A stretch of DNA of 64,000 bases from a virus (Duplodnaviria > Heunggongvirae > Uroviricota > Caudoviricetes), in IMG/VR virus record IMGVR_UViG_3300022750_000190; one strand, given 5' to 3'. The position numbers were made by a program, and so were the translations under genes. The notes under the pieces were generated by a model. It was not told the DNA's origin. It saw only the letters and a list, made by a program, of their open reading frames with translations, and ran no database searches. This document shows, in pieces, positions 8,564-18,183 of the stretch (the first letter of the stretch is position 1; each line of letters opens with the position of its first letter).

Positions 8564-9415
8564 ATGACCATTAAAAATTCCACTCCAATGAAACGTCTTA
8601 CTTCCCATTTCAAATCGATGGAAAGTTCATTGAAGCAGTATGACGGTAAAAAGACCGTTTTGAACAAACGTGAGTCTTCGGTGGATTATCATGGTCAAGA
8701 CCGCAAAGCAATTGAAAGCGACTTTATTGTTATTTTCACTTTCGGTCGTAATATGCCAAGTATCTCATTTGTCTTTGAATACCTAAACCCTAATGCGCCA
8801 GAAACCTTTTTCGCGCAAATCAAATCTGGTGTTGGTAACGAAACTATCACTACCTCTGCGCCAATGAATTTTGAAGAATTCCGTCTGAACCTTAACAAGT
8901 TCAACAAATTCCTTGACACTCCACGAAAACGAGAAAGAAGCACTAAGAAAAATCCTGCAAAATCAGATATGGAATATCTTATGGACAATATCAAGCCTAT
9001 TTTCTTCACTGAAACTTTGCAAGATTCTTCCAAAGAACATATTGATTCCTATAATACTCAGGTCGCTGAAAAGCTTAAAGAACTCAATATCCCAAGCGCT
9101 GAGAAAAAACTGGTTAAAGCCCAATCTGTATATCAAGCTGCTCTTGAAGAAGCAAAAGTGGAATATCAAAAGATTCCTGAAATTGAGCAAATTAAAAAAC
9201 TTGAAGAAAGCCTTCGCATTGCGAAAGCAAAAGCTCAACTAAAACGTGAAAAAATTGAAAAAGATTTAGATGTAGAACAAAAAAGATTGGATGAAAGAAA
9301 AGCCAATACTGAACTACATGGTAAAAAAGTAGATCTTCAACTTTTCAAATCTTCATTGATTTCTAGCCTCCCAACAATGGTTCGTGCATTACTTCGCTCA
9401 CATACTGAGCATTAA
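8564..9415 (+). CDS. hypothetical coiled-coil protein, paralog of 9519
   Basis: 283 aa; TPMKRL start, SFVFEY, LPTMV end. Confidence 0.8.
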   Translation: MTIKNSTPMKRLTSHFKSMESSLKQYDGKKTVLNKRESSVDYHGQDRKAIESDFIVIFTFGRNMPSISFVFEYLNPNAPETFFAQIKSGVGNETITTSAPMNFEEFRLNLNKFNKFLDTPRKRERSTKKNPAKSDMEYLMDNIKPIFFTETLQDSSKEHIDSYNTQVAEKLKELNIPSAEKKLVKAQSVYQAALEEAKVEYQKIPEIEQIKKLEESLRIAKAKAQLKREKIEKDLDVEQKRLDERKANTELHGKKVDLQLFKSSLISSLPTMVRALLRSHTEH

Positions 9416-9434
9416 TTCGAAGCCATTGATAATT

Positions 9435-9458
9435 AAGCCACTTCAAAGTGGCTTTTTT
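9435..9458 (+). terminator. GCCAC-family terminator
   Basis: AAGCCACT-TCAA-AGTGGCTT plus T-tract. Confidence 0.85.
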
Positions 9459-9518
9459 GTTGCCATAAATTGGTTTCCCTGATATAATCAATAATACTTT
9501 CAACCGAATGGTTTAATC

Positions 9519-10370
9519 ATGCAAAACATCACTCCTATGAAGCGTCTTAGCACAACTCTTAAAAGTATTAAAGAGTTGGTTGCAACCGAATTTACTCACT
9601 TCTCTTTGAATAAAGCTGAATCACGTAGCATTCCTTACCCTTTTCAGACTCAAAATAAATACGAGACAAAAGGTGTTTTGAACGATTTCGCATTGATTTT
9701 TTATCATGAAAAGAACAAGTTGGATAACCCTACTTTTTCTTTTATCTTCAACTATGTTGACAAAAATAAGCCTGCTACTTTCATGGCTCAATTGAAACAA
9801 AAGCAAAGTAATGACACTATCATTAGCTCGCCTGTTATGGACTATGAAACCTTTCGTAGTGGTCTTAACTTGTTCGTCAAAAATCTAAGTGCAATTCAGA
9901 AAGGAAAAAATTTCAATAAAATTATTATTCAAGAATTCGTAGATGTTTTCCTTGGTGAAACATCCGATTCTGAAACATTGTTTGCTCTTGGTCAATTTAA
10001 AGCAGCCTTTGAAAATCATGAGCTTTCCAAAATTGTTGAAGACTTGACTAAGCAATCAGAAAACGCTGAAAATGAGTTTATTTCTTCTGAAAATAAAGCA
10101 ATCAAAGAAATTGCCAATATCCCTGAATGCAAAGAAATCAAAGAGCTTCGTGCAAGATTGAAAGTTCTGGAAATGACTGTTACTAAACAAACAAATGAAA
10201 TCAGACAAACACACAAGCTTACTGAAAAACGTTCTGCTTATGTAAAGATTGAAAATAGTAAAAAAGATGCTGAAAAGAAACTTGATGAATTGAAAACAGA
10301 ACATTTGAAAAAACTACCACCAATGGTAAAAATGTCCGTTCAAACAATTCTAATGAAAGAAAAAAAGTAA
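9519..10370 (+). CDS. hypothetical coiled-coil protein, paralog of 8564
   Basis: 283 aa; TPMKRL start, SFIFNY, LPPMV end. Confidence 0.8.
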   Translation: MQNITPMKRLSTTLKSIKELVATEFTHFSLNKAESRSIPYPFQTQNKYETKGVLNDFALIFYHEKNKLDNPTFSFIFNYVDKNKPATFMAQLKQKQSNDTIISSPVMDYETFRSGLNLFVKNLSAIQKGKNFNKIIIQEFVDVFLGETSDSETLFALGQFKAAFENHELSKIVEDLTKQSENAENEFISSENKAIKEIANIPECKEIKELRARLKVLEMTVTKQTNEIRQTHKLTEKRSAYVKIENSKKDAEKKLDELKTEHLKKLPPMVKMSVQTILMKEKK

Positions 10371-10444
10371 GTGTAAACCAACTTGACTAAATTTTACAAT
10401 TGCTGTAAAATCTAGTGATTAAATCAATAAATGAGGTGGTTCCT

Positions 10445-10678
10445 ATGGCGCATTCTAGTATCGGCAGGCTTGGTAAACGTTTAGCAAAAACTGTTCTGCA
10501 TAATACGCCAGAAGGTGCCACCATCTTTTCTATTCGTGAAAGTGGTGTTGCTTACAAAACATCCGAAATGAAAAGCTATGCGCTTTACAAGACTTTTCCA
10601 GAAGTTTCTATGGATGCAAAGAGACAATTTGTTTCTGATTTTTGCAACCGAGTTCAATCTTTGAATCAGGTAGCATAA
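10445..10678 (+). CDS. hypothetical protein
   Basis: GAGGTG RBS before ATG 10445. Confidence 0.7.
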   Translation: MAHSSIGRLGKRLAKTVLHNTPEGATIFSIRESGVAYKTSEMKSYALYKTFPEVSMDAKRQFVSDFCNRVQSLNQVA

Positions 10679-11244
10679 TGCCATATCCTACCAAAACGCT
10701 TGTTGATTCCATTCTTGATATGCTTTTGTCATGTTTTAAAATTGATTATTCTTCGAAATACAAATATTTTGAAGATGCCATCAATCAAAAAATTCAACAA
10801 GGTGAAGAAGATATAACTTTATCTTTTGATGACAAAAGTTTTCATGACGTGAGGCTTATTAAAGAAAGCTGTTATGACAATTTGGATGAAGATTATGATG
10901 ACAAGCCAAAGGCTGAATATAGCACTTACGGGTACTATATCATTCTGAAAAATGGAAAAGAATATAATTCAAAACCAGATACTGTTCGTCATGCTGATTT
11001 AATCATTGCCGATCTTCTTGCTCATTCAGGCATTGATTATTCTCCTAAACGCAGGAAAATTGAACAAAATTATGATAATGAATTAATGAGAGGCTATTGG
11101 GATTCTTCAATTAGTTTCGAAGATGAGAAATATCCAGACATTCGTCTTATTCAAGAAGATGAATATGATCAGCATATGGATGATGATGAAAAACCAGATT
11201 ACGATTTGTTCGTTGATGGTTATTATGTCATCATTGAAAATTGA
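10678..11244 (+). CDS. acidic protein with two-fold internal repeat
   Basis: Two ~80-aa units (IDYS.K...SF.D....D.RLI.E..YD...D.D.KP......GYY.I..N); TAATG coupling to upstream gene. Confidence 0.8.
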   Translation: MPYPTKTLVDSILDMLLSCFKIDYSSKYKYFEDAINQKIQQGEEDITLSFDDKSFHDVRLIKESCYDNLDEDYDDKPKAEYSTYGYYIILKNGKEYNSKPDTVRHADLIIADLLAHSGIDYSPKRRKIEQNYDNELMRGYWDSSISFEDEKYPDIRLIQEDEYDQHMDDDEKPDYDLFVDGYYVIIEN

Positions 11245-11341
11245 TTGTTAATAAGTTCACACAACTGCAAAAGATGCGCTTGACAAGCAAACGGCAGATA
11301 GAGCAAATGTGAAAAAAGTAATTTCAGAACAAAAACAATAG

Positions 11342-11590
11342 GTGATAAAAATGGATAGAAAAATTGCATATAAAAATTATTCCGATAATTGGGATAGAGA
11401 ATTTACAACATTAGAAGCCCTCTACGAAAGAATTCGTATTCTTTCTGAAAATGGTGCTTATAGAATGTGCATATATATCGACAGCAAAAAAGAATATAAC
11501 GATGTATTGGAAGATCTGATTAAAAATGGCTATAGTGTAGAACACTACAATGGTGGCAATAATAATATTTTAGAAATTGATTGGGGATGA
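11342..11590 (+). CDS. hypothetical protein
   Basis: 82-aa ORF, AGGTG at start. Confidence 0.65.
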   Translation: MIKMDRKIAYKNYSDNWDREFTTLEALYERIRILSENGAYRMCIYIDSKKEYNDVLEDLIKNGYSVEHYNGGNNNILEIDWG

Positions 11591-11919
11591 TTTTGAGAAT
11601 ATTTATTTATTGTATTTGTGTACTAATCCTAAATGGGTGCAGCATTAGCTATCAAAAAACAGAACGAATCCAAAACGATTTCGAAGTTATTGCTATTCAT
11701 AATAGTGAAACACAAACGGCAGATTTCAAAAACATTATAACATCTGAAATTTTTAAAAATCAAGAAATCTCTCCTGCATGTATCAATCAATTGAAAATTG
11801 GCGATAGAATGCCAATGTATAAAACGACAGTAACAATAAATAATATCAAGACAAGACATTTAGAAACTTTTGCAGGAACAGACGACTCTTGCTTTAGAAT
11901 TCCTCATAAACCAATCTGA
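11587..11919 (+). CDS. putative lipoprotein
   Basis: Hydrophobic leader ending ILNGC; ATGA overlap with upstream stop. Confidence 0.65.
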   Translation: MILRIFIYCICVLILNGCSISYQKTERIQNDFEVIAIHNSETQTADFKNIITSEIFKNQEISPACINQLKIGDRMPMYKTTVTINNIKTRHLETFAGTDDSCFRIPHKPI

Positions 11920-11957
11920 AATATTTCGAATTACCACAATCATTTCCCACAAAAACG

Positions 11958-11986
11958 TTGACATAGTGCCATTATATTTATATAAT
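11958..11986 (+). promoter_or_regulatory. consensus sigma70 promoter for nhaP
   Basis: Exact TTGACA-17 nt-TATAAT. Confidence 0.85.
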
Positions 11987-12058
11987 GGCGACACACGAAA
12001 CGATAGTAAAAATACTATTTAAACCTAAACAAAGAGAAAATGAAATGAGGAATACCAA

Positions 12059-13423
12059 ATGCTGACGATTGTCGCCGCGTTTATGACTATCACTACTGTG
12101 ATGACCTACTTGAACTATAAGTTCTTCAAATTGCCCCATGCTATTGGCGTAATGCTTGGTGCTTTGGTAATGAGTTTGGCTATTCAAGCATTTAGTCGCC
12201 TTGGTTTTCCATTTATGGAAGAAGCTGTTATTGAGATTATTTCAAAAATTGATTTCCATGAACTGTTGATGGTTTGGATTCTTCCTGCACTTTTGTTTGC
12301 TGGCTGCTTGACCGTTAACGTAAGTGATTTGAAATCTCACAAATGGGCTATTGCAGGACTCGCAACATTTGGTGTGATTATTGCAACTGTTGTAATCGGT
12401 TTTTGTACTTATCAAGTTCTTGGGGCACTTGGTCTAAAAGTAAGCTTGCTTTATTGCTTACTCTTCGGTGCATTAATTAGCCCAACAGACCCAATTGCAG
12501 TTATGGGCATTCTTCGCAATGCAAGAGCACCAAAAAACCTTCAAGTTACTATTGTAGGCGAATCGTTATTTAACGATGGCACAGCAATCGTTGCGTTCTC
12601 TATCTTATTTGCTTTGGTTACATCTGGTGGCGAACCAACTTTCAGTCATGCTGGCATGTTGTTTCTGCAAGAGGCTGTTGGTGGTGTACTGTTCGGTTTG
12701 GCTCTTGGGCTTTTCACTGTTCTTATACTTAAAACAATTGATGAAGCACATATTACTGTAATGATTACTCTGGTGATGGTGGTAGGTGGTGCTACACTGG
12801 CAAGCCTTATGCATGTATCTGCACCATTGGCTATTGTAATTGCTGGTCTTTGCTTGGGATACACTCCTTTCAATCACATGAACGAGTATACTCAGCGTGT
12901 AGTTAACAGCTTCTGGCATATCATTGATGAATTTTTGAATGGCATGTTGTTTGCGCTTATTGGTTTGGAACTACTGATTGTAGACGTTAGCACCATCCAT
13001 TTTGTAATCGCTATTACAATGTTTGTAGTGTTGGTTGTAAGTCGTTTGCTGACTGTTATTCCACCACTTGCATTGATGAAGCGAATCCGAAAGGAAGCTG
13101 GCTTTGGTAAGGGTAGTGCTGCAATTCTTGCTTGGGGCGGTTTGCGTGGTGGTGTGTCTATTGCACTTGTTCTGGCATTGCCAGCAGGGCATGAGAAAGA
13201 CGTATTGCTTCCACTGACTTACATCATTGTTCTTGGCTCCATCTTGATTCAAGGCTTGACTGTTGGCAAGTTGGTTAACATCCTTTTTGAAAACACGCCA
13301 AAGGATACATTACCAGTAGATGGTCATGGCAACGTTAATACTGATGAATCAGAAGCCATTGCAGTACAAGTATGTGATGCGGCAGAAGCTCACACAATTG
13401 AAGAAAGCCATAAGAAAGACTGA
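12059..13423 (+). CDS. nhaP: CPA1-family Na+(K+)/H+ antiporter, NhaP-like
   Basis: About 12 TM helices; LFGALISPTDPIAV, GESLFNDG, WGGLRGGVSIALVL signatures. Confidence 0.95.
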   Translation: MLTIVAAFMTITTVMTYLNYKFFKLPHAIGVMLGALVMSLAIQAFSRLGFPFMEEAVIEIISKIDFHELLMVWILPALLFAGCLTVNVSDLKSHKWAIAGLATFGVIIATVVIGFCTYQVLGALGLKVSLLYCLLFGALISPTDPIAVMGILRNARAPKNLQVTIVGESLFNDGTAIVAFSILFALVTSGGEPTFSHAGMLFLQEAVGGVLFGLALGLFTVLILKTIDEAHITVMITLVMVVGGATLASLMHVSAPLAIVIAGLCLGYTPFNHMNEYTQRVVNSFWHIIDEFLNGMLFALIGLELLIVDVSTIHFVIAITMFVVLVVSRLLTVIPPLALMKRIRKEAGFGKGSAAILAWGGLRGGVSIALVLALPAGHEKDVLLPLTYIIVLGSILIQGLTVGKLVNILFENTPKDTLPVDGHGNVNTDESEAIAVQVCDAAEAHTIEESHKKD

Positions 13424-13436
13424 CTTTCTAAAGAAT

Positions 13437-13464
13437 AAAAAACCGTCCTAGTGGCGGTTTTTTA
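13437..13464 (+). terminator. rho-independent terminator
   Basis: AAAACCGTC-CTAGT-GGCGGTTTT plus T-tract. Confidence 0.75.
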
Positions 13465-13535
13465 TTGTCTTATTATTGATTGGGTGTTATAATCAAATAC
13501 TAAACAGAACCATACCACACAAAAGGAACCTTAAA

Positions 13536-13730
13536 ATGACAGACAAACGAATCATCAACGTAACAGTACGTCGCCAGCTTTCTTCTCAATCTCAGAAATT
13601 TCGAGCACTCAATACCTATCAAAAAGGTGGTTTCTTCTGTATTTACCTTGAAAATGGCAGTGTCAAAAAAATCCCTATCGAACACATTTTCGACATTGAC
13701 GAAGATTATGCACCAGTAGTAGACGAATAG
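13536..13730 (+). CDS. small hypothetical protein
   Basis: AAGGA RBS before ATG 13536. Confidence 0.7.
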   Translation: MTDKRIINVTVRRQLSSQSQKFRALNTYQKGGFFCIYLENGSVKKIPIEHIFDIDEDYAPVVDE

Positions 13731-13732
13731 TA

Positions 13733-13978
13733 ATGACTTTCACATTAAACAAAAAGGATGATGAAACCTTTGAACTCACTTGCCTATGTACAGCAAGTGA
13801 TGTTCCGAGCGTCATTGAAAGGTCTGATGATTATCATGCTCTTTATCAAAAGAAGTGGGAATATGATGAAGAGTCTGACAACTTTGAAACCTATACAGTT
13901 TCCATTGTGAAAAAATACCCATACGAAATGTCGAAACATACATTTGAGCATATCAACTGCCCTGAATGTTACAAATAA
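13733..13978 (+). CDS. small acidic hypothetical protein, possible metal-binding
   Basis: CLC and CPEC motifs. Confidence 0.7.
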   Translation: MTFTLNKKDDETFELTCLCTASDVPSVIERSDDYHALYQKKWEYDEESDNFETYTVSIVKKYPYEMSKHTFEHINCPECYK

Positions 13979-13983
13979 ACTTC

Positions 13984-14013
13984 AAAAAAGCCCTAATTGT
14001 TAGGGCTTTTTTA
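13984..14013. terminator. bidirectional terminator
   Basis: A-tract GCCCTAA-TTG-TTAGGGC T-tract between convergent genes. Confidence 0.8.
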
Positions 14014-14745
14014 TTAAAAATATATGTCTGCTTGTTCTTTGGTTATAATGTTTTCAGACCTAAGTTTTTCAATAAATTTGTTATACTCACCAATTGAAAT
14101 AAAATGATCAGCATTATAACCTTTTAAAACTTCATTTATCTTTTCATTGTTTAATGATAAGAGAGTTATAATGTGTCTTTGTTGATTTGTTCTTGCAATG
14201 AAAAGGTCATACTTATTATCTGTCTCTGAATATTTATAGAGTATTTTGGGATCTCTTTTCATATACCCGTTCATCAACTCTTTATACGCTTCATTTTTGG
14301 AATAAACTTTAGAATCTATTGATGATGGATAGAAAAACGAAAATCTATCTTGTTGTGCTTTAGGTCTAAATTCTGGATTTTCATCGACCATATTTATTAC
14401 CATCTTATATCTATTAATTAAAAATTCATCATGATCTATCTTAGGTATCAAAATAAAAGCAATTGCCAAAATAACAAAAAAAGAAATTGATAATATTTTT
14501 AAATTGCTCTTTCTGATTACACTCAAAAAAGCAATTGTTGCCATAATTAAAAAAGTATAAACCAAAATGCCATTATTCGTAACTGGTATCGTCAAATTTC
14601 CATTTTCAGAATACCAATTATAAAGCTCATAATTATTATAAACAGTTTTTAATGATGCAGCGATTATTACTTGTAAGAATAATGCACATAAAATCAATCC
14701 ATACTTTACACTTTTTGAATCCTTTTCAAACCCCATATAATTCAC
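14014..14745 (-). CDS. membrane protein
   Basis: Three hydrophobic segments in the N-terminal 100 aa; opposite strand to neighbours. Confidence 0.75.
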   Translation of the reverse strand: MNYMGFEKDSKSVKYGLILCALFLQVIIAASLKTVYNNYELYNWYSENGNLTIPVTNNGILVYTFLIMATIAFLSVIRKSNLKILSISFFVILAIAFILIPKIDHDEFLINRYKMVINMVDENPEFRPKAQQDRFSFFYPSSIDSKVYSKNEAYKELMNGYMKRDPKILYKYSETDNKYDLFIARTNQQRHIITLLSLNNEKINEVLKGYNADHFISIGEYNKFIEKLRSENIITKEQADIYF

Positions 14746-14861
14746 CTATATTTTAATCTATTCTAATACTTATCTTTAATTAAGGCAAAAAACTATTATA
14801 GTAAAAAGTTTCCTTTCTGGCTTGCTTAATGATATAATATAAGCCCATATGAGGCATTAAA

Positions 14862-15284
14862 ATGATAAAATGCATATTCACCAAAAACTTAGATACTGAA
14901 ATCACTAATTTCGATTTGGATGGATTTCTTCTTTATCCTGAAAAACAATACAGTTCGTTTGAGTTGTTCGAAAATTGCTACGGTTGTGTTGTAACAAGCT
15001 CGCCGCTAGTCGTAGGTCACTATCGAAGAGACGAAGTGCTAATTTTGAGGAATGGTGTATTAGATGTTCCTTATATAGAAACTTTTGGATGCGGAATTGA
15101 AGTGCTCTTAAAAGCTCTTTTGGAAGTTCGTTCAACTATTAATACAACCTCTGTTACTGCTATTCGTAAAAAGATCAAGCAACGTGATGATAGCGAAATC
15201 ACACAAGAAGAATTAATGGCTTGGTTAGATACGATAGGTGATTCTATGGAAAAAGCTTATTTGAAATCGAAGCTTTCTCAATAG
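14862..15284 (+). CDS. C-terminal fragment of an ABC-type (AAA_21, PtuA-like) ATPase, catalytically degenerate
   Basis: VVTSSPLVV (cf. THSP H-loop), EVLIL, ETFG..IE.LL, STI, IGDS...L; no Walker A. Confidence 0.55.
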   Translation: MIKCIFTKNLDTEITNFDLDGFLLYPEKQYSSFELFENCYGCVVTSSPLVVGHYRRDEVLILRNGVLDVPYIETFGCGIEVLLKALLEVRSTINTTSVTAIRKKIKQRDDSEITQEELMAWLDTIGDSMEKAYLKSKLSQ

Positions 15285-15340
15285 ATTTTGTTTTTCTATT
15301 TGTCCCATGATATACTTTAGTAAAATATGAGGGATTCAGA

Positions 15341-15868
15341 ATGTTTAAATTCTTTGATGACAGAATAACAATTCGCATTCTTGTTGAATCCCTTTCTGCA
15401 TATGATCCTTTTTACCCTTATGATGATCGTCATTATAGTTATCATTTTAAAGATAACTTTTTTCATGTAAAAGTAAAATTTCCATATCGTGAAGACATTA
15501 ATGAAAAATATACGTTAATTTATAATGTTAATACTACCGATTTTGATATTGAGCCAAATGATATTAAAATCAAATTAGGTTCTTTCACTTACAAAAGAAT
15601 TCAAAAAGCTTTGAAAAAAGCTTGTGGTCATAGTCTTGAACGAACTGCTTTTTTTAATATGGTTTATTTAGAAAGACAAAAAATGGCAGAATATATTACA
15701 ACAGAATCAAAAACATCTGGTGATAGCAATCTCTCATCAAAAGGGAAACATAGAACCAACAAGTCAAATACAAGTTATACACCTTCTGTTCGAGATGCTG
15801 TGTGGTCATCTGCTGATGATTCGAGCAGTTCAAGCTCAGGATCTCGTTCAAGCAATGGTTGTGATTAA
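15341..15868 (+). CDS. hypothetical protein with Ser-rich tail
   Basis: Ends SSADDSSSSSSGSRSSNGCD; GAGGG RBS. Confidence 0.7.
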   Translation: MFKFFDDRITIRILVESLSAYDPFYPYDDRHYSYHFKDNFFHVKVKFPYREDINEKYTLIYNVNTTDFDIEPNDIKIKLGSFTYKRIQKALKKACGHSLERTAFFNMVYLERQKMAEYITTESKTSGDSNLSSKGKHRTNKSNTSYTPSVRDAVWSSADDSSSSSSGSRSSNGCD

Positions 15869-15940
15869 GAAATAATAAGTATTGCACGGATAAGACCATT
15901 GGTGTATAATTGATATTATTTCAATCAAAAGGCCTTCATC

Positions 15941-16684
15941 ATGTATTTTAGCAAACGAATGGGACTGGATAACACTGGCATTACTGCTGAAATTGCAGAG
16001 CTTGACTACTCTATTCAGTTTAAAAGTGGTGTGAATCTGCATCTTAAAGAAGGTGATTTGGTTACATTTATCAAAAAATACATTCCAGAAATCAAAATTG
16101 ATGATTACTTTGACGCTTCATTTAAAGTGTTTCAGCGTTCACAGAATATTAGTCTTCTTCAATTTATTCGATTTAAATTAGACGCAACTATTCGGACCCA
16201 TTTTTGTGAAGCAATGTATGATATCGAATTAGATGCTTCCGAAACCAGTGGCTACTGTTATGATGCTTTCAATGAAATGAAAGCAGAAGACAATGGCACA
16301 TTATTTTTTAAAGCTTGCAAAGCTGCATATGATGAAGTTAAAAATGGATCTCGTGAAAAAATCACTGCCAAACTTGATCTTCATAGTTCTGCTTGGAGAT
16401 TTTACAACACTGACATGCGCTTTGACGATGAAGAATTAAGTATTGTTGTCAACGAAAAAGCTCTTGGTGAAACCGTTGCATATATCCGTGAAGATTTTGC
16501 GGCAAATGGTGAAAAGACACTGAAAGCCCTTAATGCTAAAAACGAACAAAATCGTTATGTTTCTGTTGAGTTTTTTCTTCAATATTTTGAAAAAGATTAT
16601 ATTGAACTTCAAGCCTCAGATTTCACTTATGAAAAATTTGCGAATTTCTTAAACAAATACAAACTTATTAGTCAAGGTGAATGA
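15941..16684 (+). CDS. hypothetical protein
   Basis: 247-aa ORF with promoter. Confidence 0.75.
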   Translation: MYFSKRMGLDNTGITAEIAELDYSIQFKSGVNLHLKEGDLVTFIKKYIPEIKIDDYFDASFKVFQRSQNISLLQFIRFKLDATIRTHFCEAMYDIELDASETSGYCYDAFNEMKAEDNGTLFFKACKAAYDEVKNGSREKITAKLDLHSSAWRFYNTDMRFDDEELSIVVNEKALGETVAYIREDFAANGEKTLKALNAKNEQNRYVSVEFFLQYFEKDYIELQASDFTYEKFANFLNKYKLISQGE

Positions 16685-17169
16685 ATATGAAAAATGACTA
16701 TAATACAAAAAGTGGTAAAAAACCACTTTATCGAAAAGTTAATACATTGGCTCGTGGCGTTCGTCATCATTCAGGTGGAGATTATCGCCATGAACGCAAT
16801 GGTAAAGAACAACCAGAATCTAACCGTCAAGGTATGGGCGCAAAAGTAAAACGTGGTTTAGATTACACTCCACTTTACAAATTCTTGCTTTCAAAAGTCG
16901 GTCAAAAATGGCAGGAAGTCCATAGCGAAGCTGTATCTCGACTTGATGCAGAATATCCAATTTTCAATATGGTCGCAATTTTAGAAAGCGAAAGACAAGA
17001 TTCTTTTTCTGATGGCGGATTTGCTTATTATAGTGGTATGTATGTAGATGAAAATGGCTTGCTTCAATTGGTTAATCCATCTTTGCATCCAAATGATATT
17101 AAGCCTTGGTGTACTTGTTGTACTTTCTCTTTGAATGGCATTCGAAGCGAAGCCACACCAGTACATTAA
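16681..17169 (+). CDS. conserved hypothetical protein (bacterial-type)
   Basis: KPLYRKVNT.ARGV, RGLDYTPL..FLLSKVG, HSEAVSRLD motifs recalled from bacterial hypotheticals. Confidence 0.7.
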   Translation: MNMKNDYNTKSGKKPLYRKVNTLARGVRHHSGGDYRHERNGKEQPESNRQGMGAKVKRGLDYTPLYKFLLSKVGQKWQEVHSEAVSRLDAEYPIFNMVAILESERQDSFSDGGFAYYSGMYVDENGLLQLVNPSLHPNDIKPWCTCCTFSLNGIRSEATPVH

Positions 17170-17237
17170 AACGGTTTACACCAGACACGCCTTCTGATAT
17201 AATCATTCCACACATTAAATCAGAAGGCGTGCCGAAC

Positions 17238-17651
17238 ATGATTACCGAACTCAATGCTGATATTCAAAAACTTCAAGCTGAAATTGAAGAGAAAAAAGCA
17301 GCACTCTCTGTATTGATTCAAAAAAATAAAGAACAGGAAACTGCTCTTTATCCAATGTCAAAATTCCTTCATCAAACCTATATCTATGACCGCCCTCAAA
17401 AATGGAACTCTCCAAAAGTTGGCATTTTTGACAAAGAACATCAAGACATCTGGAAATATCTCAATTTCAACGGGGTTGTATCTGGTGAAGTATTGAATAG
17501 ACTTTATGAAAAAGAGGTTTTCACTAACGAATTTCAATATGCAACTTTTGTAATTGCTGATTATGACGATTTTGATGATGGTGCTAATCATCAAGAAGGC
17601 TACATTGGCATTCATGACATCTACGAACTTCTTGCGATGAAAGTCGAGTAA
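17238..17651 (+). CDS. hypothetical protein with N-terminal coiled coil
   Basis: ATG 17238 after promoter and RBS. Confidence 0.7.
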   Translation: MITELNADIQKLQAEIEEKKAALSVLIQKNKEQETALYPMSKFLHQTYIYDRPQKWNSPKVGIFDKEHQDIWKYLNFNGVVSGEVLNRLYEKEVFTNEFQYATFVIADYDDFDDGANHQEGYIGIHDIYELLAMKVE

Positions 17652-17669
17652 TTAATTTTTGATAGGTTG

Positions 17670-17698
17670 TTGACTATGAGTCAACAATCTATTATAAT
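17670..17698 (+). promoter_or_regulatory. sigma70 promoter overlapping a palindrome
   Basis: TTGACT-17 nt-TATAAT inside TTGTTGACT-ATG-AGTCAACAA. Confidence 0.75.
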
Positions 17699-17729
17699 AC
17701 ATTTCTATTCAAATTAAAGGTATCCTATC

Positions 17730-18176
17730 ATGGGCGTTGGCAAATATTCCCCTACTGTTAGTCGTTCTTACGCTGCTGACCAAAATTGGTTTGAGAAAAA
17801 TGGAGGTGGTACTGATAATGGTATTGACCCTACATCCTATAACGATGATGACGGATATGACGCTTATGGTTATAGCGGTCGTGTTGGTGAGGGTCCAGAC
17901 CGGGCTGGCTATACCGAAAACGATTATATGACTTCATATCATGTTTTTGATGATGGTGAGATTGAATATAGTCTTTACGAAGATATCTCAGATGAATACT
18001 CTGGTGTTAATCTTCTGGTGCTTCGAGAAAATAAGAGAGAACTTTCTAAAGATCCAGTTTTCCAAAAAGAACTTGAACTTCAACGCGAATTGAAAGCAAT
18101 TATCGAAGAAGCACAAGCTAAACTTGCGCCAATCGAAAAGAGCATCAACCACAAGCTTAACGTTCAAAATCATTAA
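17730..18176 (+). CDS. acidic hypothetical protein
   Basis: GYDAYGY...DRAGYTENDY, C-terminal coiled coil. Confidence 0.8.
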   Translation: MGVGKYSPTVSRSYAADQNWFEKNGGGTDNGIDPTSYNDDDGYDAYGYSGRVGEGPDRAGYTENDYMTSYHVFDDGEIEYSLYEDISDEYSGVNLLVLRENKRELSKDPVFQKELELQRELKAIIEEAQAKLAPIEKSINHKLNVQNH

Positions 18177-18183
18177 TACACAA

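Noticed and set aside
15341-15868. Ser-rich tail as a functional repeat
   Set aside because: Short low-complexity tail with no DNA-level periodicity.
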